Assembly: GCA_051294375.1 (NCBI GenBank)
Contig: CM119267.1
Location: 15,230,105 to 15,294,104 of the forward strand
Length of the DNA: 64,000 nucleotides
Direction: 5' to 3'
Source: Paraspadella gotoi
Lineage: Eukaryota > Animalia > Chaetognatha
Under the pieces are notes generated by a model. The model saw only the letters and a list, made by a program, of their open reading frames with translations. It had not been told where the DNA came from and did not search any database. Below are positions 15,001 through 27,000 of the stretch, piece by piece (position 1 is the first letter of the stretch; every line of letters begins with the position of its first letter). The position numbers were made by a program, and so were the translations under genes.

Positions 15001-18000
15001 AATAAAATTTTATTAATTTTTGTCTAACTGCACTATAACACTAATAAATTTAAAATTTAAAATCATTATACTTACTGTGCTTGTGATAAAATTAAAGGAT
15101 CAATTAAATTACTTTATTGTAAATAGTAAGGCTAAAAAATATAAAAAATAAAGTTCTTAGTTTTTTAAAGTTCTTAAAATTCTAAAAAAATTTTTTCAAT
15201 CCAGTAAAAAGCAGGTGCACACTTTTTAGTCTCAATAAAAAATGCTGCTTTTATTATTCTTTTTTTATATTTTTTATATTTTTATTATAAAATTATTTGA
15301 AATATTTTGGTATTTACAGGAAACTATATAATAAGATTATTGGGAATTATATTATAAATCTTTAGATTATTAAGAATGATTTTAAATTTTATTTATTTTT
15401 TATTTTTTAAATGATATCAAAATAGATCTAGAAAAGAAAAAGATAAAATAGAGTAATCTTAAAAAAATAATTTGTAATATATACAAGTTGCACTCAAGAC
15501 TTTTTATTTTCTTTTAATTTTTATCCATTCAGAGAATAAATATATATTTATTCAAAAAAGAAATTCTAACTTTTAAAATTTGTATCTAAATATTCTGTGA
15601 GTCCGTTATCTACACTCTACAGCATATATTTTTTTAGGTCGCAAGTCATTATGGAAATAAAGAAGCTTGTGAATTACTTTTGAATCATGGTGCATCTCCA
15701 GATATAATGGCTGACAATGGTTATACTGCATTACAGTAAGTTCATTAAAAAAACTTTTTCTAATCAAGTTTCAAAAAATACAATTTAACTTGTTACTATT
15801 CAACTCAAGGACAACTTATTGATACATATTTTTATTCACATCTCTGTATATAAATTTCTATATTTTTGGATTAAATCAAGATATATTATTATAAAATAAA
15901 AATAATACATACAAATGTAAGAGAGTAACTGGGGTCCTAAATAAAGGGTTTACTTTTTTATAACCAGCCTTAATTCACCAATGTAAGAAAGTAACTGGGG
16001 TCCTAAATATCCCTTTTTGAAAATCTTTTGGGAAATTTAAATTTATTAAAATGGATTCTGATAAAGATTAAAAAGTTAATATTATAAATTTTAAAAATTT
16101 GAATGATAAATGGGTTAAAATTTGAAAAAACCTTAAGAAATCATCATCATCATCATCATTCTATAAATTTGATATTTTTTATTCATTTTTGTAAACAAAT
16201 CATTAAAATTTCAAAAAGTTGTAATAATAACCTTCATCTAACTTTTAAAGCTTTATCAAAATCCAATAAAAAAAATAATATTTACCCCAAAAAATTTAAC
16301 TATAAGTAAATCTTTATTGAAATAGTTTGAATTTTGATTTCAACAACGATTTTTTTAAATGAAACTTTTTAATTTACTTAATGAAAGAGTCATCGTCCAT
16401 TTACTTACAACTGCATTCTGCTATTTAAAACAAATTTTTCATGATTAATTAATCTGACCAAAATAAATTTAAAATTTTTCTTTGTGTAATTAAAAATTAA
16501 AATAATAAGTTTTACTTATCTTGTTCAGTGTGTGCTGCAAGAAAAGCTTTCAAAATATTGCTGAACTATTGTTAAGACATGGGGCATCTGCAAATGCTTC
16601 TTCATTAAATGGTATACATCCTATCCATCTTGCCACTGAAAATTGTCCTCGTAAAATGGTAGAACTATTACTTGATCATGGTGCAACTAGCAACGCCAAA
16701 GCAAATAATAATCTCACTCCCATGCATCTTTGTGCTCAAAAAAATAAAGTTGATGTTGCTGCATTAATTATTTCTCATGGGGCAAAAATTGACAGTTTAA
16801 CCAAAGCTGGATATAGTCCTCTAGCTACTGCATGCTATTTTGGGAACACCGATATGGTTTGTTATCTTTTACAAAATAAAGCAACAGTCAATTCTATTAA
16901 TAAAAGAGGGCAAACACCATTACATCTTGCAGCAAAAAAAGGTTATGGAAAAATAGTTGAAGTTTTACTTCTGAATGGATCTTTTCCTAATGCACTAGAT
17001 AACGAATCGAACTTAGCTTTAGATTTAGCCAAGGAATCCAAGAATACCGACTGCATCAACTTACTTTCTGCTTTAACTCAGAAAAAAGAAGATGTAAAAT
17101 TAGATATAACACCTTCACTCGAAAGAGCTGAAGAAATAGTATTACAGCAAGAAGGAAATTTAAAAGAAATACAAAAAGAAAAAGTTTCGAAAGAAGAAGA
17201 ACCAATAATTTTTAAATTAGTTGACAAACTACAGGAAAAATCGGATAAATGGACGCCACTTCAGGCTGCAGCTAAGTATAATAAACCAGATGTAGTAAAG
17301 ATTTTACTTTCTAGAGGATCTGACCCAAATGAAGTTGCAAATGGTTTAACTCCCCTCTTAGTTGCATCCCATTATAATCATGCAGATATGGTACAACTGC
17401 TAATAAATATGGGAGCAAATTTACAAATTGGAACTTCAAAGTCAAAACATTCTCCACTTCATATTGCAGCTGTCAAAAATCATGTAAAAACCGCTAAAAC
17501 ACTTTTAAGTGCAGGTACTGATCCAAACTTGACCTGTAAATTTGGCACAACACCGCTACACCAAGCAGCCAAAAATGGAAATCCAGATATAGTCCGATTA
17601 CTGATAAATGAAGGAGCAAATGTTAATGTTCAAGCTTTAAATGGGTCATCACCAATACATATGTGTGAAAACAACTTGAACATTTTACATATCTTGATTG
17701 AGGCTGGAGCAGATATCAACATGCAAACTAAATCAGGTTATACTCCACTTCATTCTTATAGTTATTGGGGTAATTTAGAGGCGGTAAAGTATTTGATTTC
17801 AAAACAAGCTGATTTGGATAAGAAAACAAAACGTGGCAGCACCGCTCTTCACTTAGCCACTTTACATGGTTACACTGATATTGTAAAGATTCTTGTAAAA
17901 AATAAAGCGAATACTAATATTAGTGACAATAATAAAAAGACTGCTCTTGATTTAGCTATAGCTAATGAACACCTGCAAATCATTATGATATTAAAAGATA

Positions 18001-21000
18001 TAACAGAGAAGAAGATTGAAAAAGAAGAATTAAAAAATGAATACACTGGAATTGCAGACAAAGAGGAGGTTGCAACAGAAATTTTAGATATTTCTGATGA
18101 AGTTGTCGTGCAAGAAAAACCTATTGACGAATATGAGCAAAAGATGATGCTTGCCATAGAGAAATTGAAAGAAAATAAAGATAACTATAGTCCTATGCAA
18201 ATTGCTTCAAAGTATAATCGAACTGATGTAATTAAGTTTTTAATTGAAAGAGGGTCAGATGTGAATGAAAAAAATAGACAAATTACTCCTCTGTTCATAG
18301 CAAGCCACTATAATAATCTTGAAACTGTTAATCTTCTTTTGAAAAATAATGCATCTCAAGATATACCAACATTGCAAGGAATGTTACCATTACACTGTTC
18401 TGTTAAAAAGGACAACATTGCAGTCGTAGAAACACTTCTTAAAGCGGTAGGTTCCCGGAGATATTTGAGAATCTCAGAATGGGATGACATTAATCTATAT
18501 TATTTTTACTTGCATCAAAATTTTAATTTTTAACCGGATTTGCTATCAGCAGATTCTGGCTCTATATTTTAATTTGTTGGTCTGTCGGTCTGCCCCCAAA
18601 AGCTTGTTGGTAAATCACTTAGAAAACTAATTGTCTATCTGTGCCTTCTTAGCTTTAAACACCAATTACTTATAATTGGATGGATCATTTATAATCATTT
18701 TTTTAATTTTTTTCTTTTTGATATGAAATGTGAATGCATGCTACAAAACAACAACAACAAAAATAAAAATCATACTAACCTCAACCACCATAACTACCAC
18801 AAAATCTACAAACACAGTAAGGACAATTTTTTTAATGCTTGAGTTTGAATAATTTTGAGAGAAAGGTTTTTTAAAAAAATATTTCTATAGATTTGTAAGG
18901 AATCTTTCATTGCTCTGCAAGTATAGGTAGAGCAACTCAATACACCATTTTCATACAACATTAGTCCTTCTTTCTGTCCTACATGCATTTTAAATGATCA
19001 TAAGTGAGATAATATTACAATTGAAAATAAGGAGATGTACAATAAGATGCAGACGTTGCATATTATATGATTGTGCAATGTGCAGTCATATAATCTCCTG
19101 CAAATAAAATTACACAGTAATTTTGTATTGTCACCACCTAAACATGCAGTCAAAGAGTTAAATATAAGTAAAAAATAAGTAAATAAGCCAAATTAATAAA
19201 AATTGTAAAATTATTTGTCTTATCATATTAAATTAAATTTTAAATAATATAGAAATTTAAATCTATAAATAATTTTATTTAGTATTTTATACTAAAATGG
19301 AAAGAAGGATGTTAGAGGGAGCATCTTCACCACAGAGGTTAAAAATACTTTCTGCTGTAGATTTCTACTTTGATATTAAACAATAATTATTATTCCTGTT
19401 AGACAATTAGTTTGAATTATAATTATATTTTGAGAGAGAATTATGCCAAGTGGTAGCTTTATATAATGATTTGGAATTATGTCATGAGCCAGAATATTAT
19501 CAGATGTCAAATAAAGACTAGTTGGAATTATGTCATAACTCATAATTATGTTATTAGTCTGATATTTATCATAAGTTAAAATATAGACCAACTAAGGAGT
19601 TAGAATCAGGGTCACGAGTTGAAATCTGTTATCTGTTTAAAATTAAATAATATTTTGAATTTAAAAAATATCATAATAAATATTAATATCATAAATATTA
19701 CTTTTCAAATTGACTTAATCTAATTCAGTAATATCCAAATATTTGTCAGCAGGTGTGACATTGTTTACTCAAAATATTTTTATTCTCCACTACTGAAATT
19801 TTTTTTAAACTTTTCTTTTTTTATAAAGGGAGGAAATCCGAATGCTAAAACAAAGACTGGATTACAACCAATTCATTTTGCAACTTCTTCCCAAATGATA
19901 CACATGCTAAAAAAAGTGGGTGCTGATGTTAATTCTTTGGCTTCTAATGGCCTTACTCCTTTACATTTATGTAAAAATATACCTTGTATTGAAACTCTTA
20001 TAAGTTATGGAGCTAATATAAATGCTTCAACACTAAGTGGTTATACCCCTCTTCATAGTCAAGTATACAATGGCAAGCAAAAACTGGTAGAAGCACTGAT
20101 TGTAAATGGAGCCACTGTAGATTCCATAACACAAAGAGGATTTACTAGTCTTCACCTTGCAGCAATCAAAGACTATCCAGAAATTCTTGAAATCTTATTA
20201 AGAGAAAATGCAAATTTTTATTCACTTGATAATTCGGGGGCTTCTGCTTTAGACATTGCTCAAAAATTGGGTCACAAGCAAAGTAAGAAGGTGCTTAAAA
20301 GAGCAACGGACCTGCATATCAGAGAGACTTATAAAGATAACCGAATAAAAAAAGATACCTGCGTTCCAGAACAAATAATTCATGAAAAATTGCTCCCCGA
20401 AGATGAAATTATTCCAGTAAAGAAGAGTGAAGTCATGAGTTCTTTTAATTATTCTGAATTTGAAGAAAATAAGAAAGGACAACTTTTATCAATTTTAGAT
20501 GGCCCAGAACTTCGAGCTGGATTATTTAAAGGCTATGAAGATGTACCACCAGAATTGCTAAAATTAGTAATAGAATTAGAAAAGACAAGTCATCAGGAAT
20601 TTACACCATTGCATGTAGCAGTTAAATTAAATAATGTTGATCTTTGCGCTCTTCTTTTAAAAAGAGGAGCAAATATTGGTGCACGAGCTAAACACGGTCT
20701 TGCTTTATTACATATTGCCGCCCATTATAATCACTGTGAAGTTGCTCAGTACATCCTCTCTGAAGGGGCATCACCAAATGTTGCAGCATCCAATGGTTAT
20801 CGACCACTGCATACTGCCTCAAAAAAGAATGGCATGGAAATGGCAGTCCTTCTTCTGAATCATGGAGCAGATCCTAATGCTGAATCAAACACAGGAATGT
20901 CTCCACTGCACTTGGCCAGTCTAGGAAACCATCATGATATGGCAAGACTCTTAATCAAAAGAGGAGCTAAAGTTAATTTTGAATCTAAGAATGGATTGAG

Positions 21001-24000
21001 ACCATTACATCTTTCTGCTCAAGAAGGAGGATTAGAAACTGCTGCTTTATTGTTGCAGCATGGTGGCGTGATTGATGCACAGACTAAGGCTGGTTACACA
21101 CCGCTGTTAGCATCAGCTCATTTCGGTCAAGTTGAAGTTATAAGCTTTTTGCTGAAACAGGGGGCATCTGTTCATGCCAAAACAGATAAAGGATGGACAG
21201 GGTATCATTTAGCTGCTGAAAATGGGCATGAGGAAGTGATCAATATTCTTTCAAAAACAGCTATGCCCATGGATCAATGTGATTGCAATGGAATGACACC
21301 TTTGGACATTGCTAATCAAAGTGGAAACAGTAATATTATAAATTTTTTAGAAAGCGCAACAATTGCCCCTAAACCAACTTTTCCAAGTGCACAAAGTGCT
21401 GGTGGTGATTTCAGCCCGTTGCACAAAGCATGCATGGAAGGAGATAATGATTATGTTTTACAGCACCTAAAAATTGAACCAGATTCAATTGGCCCAAATA
21501 ATCTAAACAGTTTGCATTTAGCAACCCATTATGGACATCAAAATGTGGTTGAAACCCTGCTTGAGCATGGTGACTCATCTGCAATTTCAGCAACAACCAA
21601 GAATGCATTTAGTCCCTTGCATATTGCAGGTGAGAAAAAATGATTGCTGTGAATACTTGTACATACCTGCTACAGATATCTCTTCTACTTGACTTTGTTT
21701 TACAGCTAAAAAGAATTTCTTTGGAATTGCCAAAACTCTGGTATCAGCAGGAGCACCTGTAAATGGGCGATCTAAGGGCGGTCTTACAGCTTTACATTTT
21801 GCTATAGAAGGGAGAAATGCAAATTTTGTAAAACTCCTACTTGAAAATGGAGCATCAGTGAATCAACAGGCAGACAATGGACTTCATGGCCTTCATCTCT
21901 GTTCTCAGCAAGGATTAGTAGATATAGCAGATGTTCTGTTAAAATATAATTCTGATGTCAATCCTGAAACAAAGTCAAAATATACTCCTTTGCATACTGC
22001 AAGCTTTCTAGGTCAAACAAAAATGGTTGAATTTTTAGTTAAAAATGGAGCATTAGTGAATTCTCAGACAAAAAGAGGAAAAACAGCACTTTTTCTAGCT
22101 TCTGAACGAGGATATACCAAAATTGTTTACTGCTTACTCAAAAATAAAGCTTCTGATATTTTTGATAAGAATGGTAAAAGTGCTCTGGCAATAGCAAATA
22201 TTCAAGGAAACAATAATGTTTATGAACTTCTAAAAAAATTTAGCTTTGTAGAAAACTATGGTAATATGGAGCCTGGAACAGAGAAAGACAGAGAAATGAC
22301 TAACAAATATGACCCAAATAAGTATAAAAAATATCCCCAATTTTCTGAGCTTCATTCGGCATGCCGAAATGGCTATCTTTCTACAGTAAAAAAATTACTA
22401 GATCAAGGAAAGGATCCAAATGAAAAATCCAAGCATGATTTAACACCTTTACATATTAGTGTCCATTATAACATGCTGCACATAATTAATATTTTATTAG
22501 AACATGGTGCAAATCCAAATATGAAAGCTCAAAATGGGTATACGCCCCTTGCTATAGCATGTTCAAATAATCAGGTTCAAGTAGCAAAATCTCTTTTAAA
22601 CTATGCTGCAGATCCTGATGCAGCATCAAATAAAGGTATAACCCCCCTAATGTTAGCGTCTAAAGAAGGCAGTGTACATTTAGTAAAAACTTTACTTGAA
22701 AACAATTTAAAAAAACCTAACATTAATAAACAAGCTAAAAATGGTGTTACAGCTTTGCATCTCTGCTGCCAGGAAGATAATTTACCAGTAGCTCATATTT
22801 TAGTGGAACATGGTGCGGACTTTTCTGTAAAAACAAATGCCGGTTATGATCCAGTTTCCACCTGTTCACATTTTGGAAGCATCAACACATTAAAGTTTCT
22901 GTTAAAAGTTGGATGTCCTGTTAATTCCACAAGCCGTAAAGGAAGAACAGCTTTAATGGAAGCAGCAGAACAGGGTCATGGTGAGGTGTGTAACTTACTT
23001 CTAGATAATGGTGCGTTTCAGAACTCTGTTGATGATAATTTTGAAGATGCTTTTTCTATAGCAAAAAAGAATCAACATAACAATATATGTAATTTAATAA
23101 TACCTGATGAAGAAGTAAAAGTTTATCCTTTAGAAGGTGAAAATTTTTCATTAGAATCTTTGGAACAAGATACAAGTTCTGAATCTTCAAATATTGCTGA
23201 AATTTTTGGATACCTAATAAGTTTCAATGTAGATTCTAAAGGAGCTGCAATGCATGGGAGGCAACATGGTAATTTTAATATTGTAATTCCCCCAAAAGCG
23301 GTAAAAATACCAACAAGAGTTACTTGTAAACTTGTCAATATAGAAAAATTAAGTAATCCACCAAATCTTAAATATGCAGATGATTTTGCTTGCAGAATTA
23401 TAGAAATGGGGCCTTCTTTAATGACATTCAATGTACCAGTTATGATTGAAGTCCCTCACTATGCATTGATAAATTCTTCTCAAAGAGAATTAATAATTTT
23501 GCGGAACAACCGTGATGGATCTTGGCAAGAGCACAATTTAAAGCCAGATGATCAGGATTTAAATCAAACTATTGCATGGTATTCAAAAGCAAAAGCAAGA
23601 AATTTATTACCTAAAAATAATTTTAGACAAAAAAGCATTTATATATTCACAAAAGATTTTCCCCAATATTTTGCAGTAGTATCTTGTTTAAGACAACAAC
23701 CAATTGTGTTAGGTCCAGAAACAACAGTGATTACCTCACAGATTGACCCAAATGTGACGCTGTCTTTTCCCAAAAAAACACTATTAGAAAAAACAAGAAC
23801 AAATATGAGAGTTCAAAAAACTGACAAAAATGTTCAAAATATTTCTCAAGAGGATATCGTTCTGTCACCAATTATAATGTTTGATCCTCCGATAGATATG
23901 GCACCAAAAAAGAAAATGATATTGACTCTTCCACTAAATAAGGCCTCAGTACCAATACAAGATAATCCAAAATTAATTTCTTTGGAGAATGGACAATGGA

Positions 24001-27000
24001 AAGAGATAGGTCAATTTAAAGGATTTCAACCTGAAAAAACTAATGTTGCAAGCTTTAAATGTGAGAAAATTACATCAAAAATGTTTGCAATAGCTACTAA
24101 ATCTAACATTAATTCATCACAAATAGCTTATAACATCGACAAATCTTTCTCATCTATACCATTCTTTGCTAGTTTTGTGGTTTACATAAAGAAAAATGAA
24201 GAGAAGGATGCAGATTTGCATATTTTATGCTCATTAAATGATAAAACCGATCATGCTGAAGAATCAAAAGAAAACTTTTGGGAGGTAGCAAGAAGTAAAG
24301 AATTAGAAATAACTACTAAAAGTTCTTTTCATATTAAATTAGAAGGTAATCTTCAGAGCAAACAGGGTGATGCAATACAACTTTTATCATTTAATCCATT
24401 TCATAAAAATCGGATACATACAACAGTTGAAATGAAAAATCCTGCCTTACCACCTGTAGCAAAAATATTGTTCTATGAAGAAGCAGATACAGCTAACTTA
24501 TTACCTTTTAGTAAACTTGAGATTCAGATTCCAGAATTTCTTGAAACAGAACCATTAAATTCAACTAAAGATATTTTGAAGCAGATGAAACCTACACAGG
24601 AACAACCTGAAATATCATCCAAAAATAAAATTTCAGATGATAAAATTTTAGAAATAACAAAAAATAAAGATGTGACCTTGGCAGAAAAAGAATTAAATAC
24701 ACAGAAACTCCCATCAGTAAATTTATATATGGTTGAACGAGAAGGTGTTCAAGAGATAGTTATGCTGGAAGATAAAACAGAAAATATAGTTAAAAAATCT
24801 GTAAAACCGACGTCAACATCTCAAATATTTGAAGGAGAGAAACAGAAAATATCTTCTGATTCAACAGATAAAGATACTGGTAATGATCAGAAAACATTGC
24901 CAATTCATATGACAGATGAAAAAACCGTTATTTCTAATGAACAGAATCAAATTCAAAACGAAATTCAGAATGAAGATGAAAAAGATTATGCAATCATTAA
25001 TTCACAAGAAATTAAAAAAATTATACCCCAACTTCATATGAAAAATATGGTTGAACGAGAAGGTGTTCAAGAGATAGTTATGGTGGAAGATGAAACAGAA
25101 GATATTATCAAAAAATCTGTAGAAACGACATTAACATCTCAAGTATTTGAAGGAGAGAAACAGAAAATATCTTCTGATTCAACAGATATAGATACTGGTA
25201 ATGATCAGAAAACATTGCCAATTCATATGACAGATGAAAAAACCGTTATTTCTAATGAACAGAATCAAATTCAAAACGAAATTCAGAATGAAGATGAAAA
25301 AGGTTATGCAATCATTAATTCACAAGAAATTAAAAAAATTTTACCCCAACTTCATATGAAAAATAAGGTTGAACGAGAAGGTGTTCAAGAGATAGTTATG
25401 CTGGAAGATAAAACAGAAAATATAGTAAAAAAATCTGTAAAACCGATGTCAACATCTCAAATATTTGAAGAAGAGAAACAGAAAATATCTTCTGATTCAA
25501 CAGATATAGATACTGGTAATGATCAGAAAACATTGCCAATTCATATGACAGATGAAAAAACTGTTATTTCTAATGAACAGAATCAAATTCAAAACGAAAT
25601 TCAGAATGAAGATGAAAAAGATTATGCAATCATTAATTCACAAGAAATTAAAAAAATTATACCCCAACTTCATATGAAAAATATGGTTGAACGAGAAGGT
25701 GTTCAAGAGATAGTTATGCTGGAAGATAAAACAGAAAATATAGTCAAAAAATCTGTAGAAACGACGTTGACATCTCAAATATTTGAAGGAGAGAAACAGA
25801 AAATATCTTCTGATTCAACATATATAGATACTGGTATTGATCAGAAAGAATTGCCAATTCATATGACAGATGAAAAAACTGTTATTTCTAATGAACAGAA
25901 TCAAATTCAAAATGAAATTAAGAATGAAGATAAAAAAAATTATGCAATCATTAATTCACAAGAAATAAAAAAAATCATACCCCAACTTCATATGAAAACT
26001 GTTAAGATTGAAGAGGAAACAGAGCAAAATCAACCAAAATCTGAAAAAGTGCTATACACAGAAGCTTTTTTTGATGAATCTGAAGACGATTTCATATCAG
26101 AACCAAACAAGAATGAGGAAACAAAATTATCAATTGTGAATAAAGATTTTGATTTAGAGCCTTTAGGTGAACTTTCATTAAAAGATGGCCCAAAAAAAGG
26201 AATAGCTAAAGATATTATACTTAAAAAACCTGAAACAGAAATTAATGAAATATTAGAAGTTTTAATTAGTGAGCCGGTTTCACAAAGTAGAACTGCCAAA
26301 GAAAGTAGTAAAAATGTTTTTCAAGAAAATGTGCAATATGCTAATGATTTAAATATTGATTATTTTGGTGGAAAAACCCAAAAAATTGTAACAGATATAC
26401 CTGAAGAGATGGCAATGGTTAATAAAATTTCACTTCCTGAAAAAATGATGGAGCCGCAACAAACTGAGATAGCATTAATTGAACATGTTCAATTAGATAC
26501 TGAGTTCAGTACTGAAACAAAAAATATACCAAAGTCTACCACCCTACCCATTGAAAGTATGTTAACCAGAAAAGAAAATGAATTAGAAGATAAACTAGAT
26601 TATAATCAAGACATAAAAATTAAAATCAATAATACATTAAAATCAGTCCACACTACAGATTCCCAAGCTATAAACTCTGATAAATTTCAGGATGATCTAA
26701 ACCATGATATTGTAAGAGAAGTCGAGACAATCAATCAACTTGAACCGCAAGAATCTAAACTCACATCTCAAGAAAATATTAAACTAACAACTACAGTTTC
26801 CGAAAGTAGTTTAATTACAGATATTTGCAATAAAGATTTTTTAAATACTAAATTGAGAGTTGATAAGCCTCAGCTGGAGGAAAAAATTTTCATTGAAAAA
26901 TCTGTTTCCAATGTAAGTTCAATTGATTCTAAAACAAACAAAGCTGAACAAATAACAGAGAGCATTGAATTAAGTTATAAACCTGAAAGCAAATTGATAG

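Noticed and set aside
15914-16010. Two ~30-nt direct repeats (aatgtaaga.agtaactggggtcctaaata) with a spacer, superficially CRISPR-like
   Set aside because: Only two copies, in a eukaryotic intron, with no cas genes; an ordinary local duplication.
18530-18700. Hairpin plus gtctg repeats resembling a DINE/Helentron-like element start
   Set aside because: Too short and decayed to classify without a repeat library.
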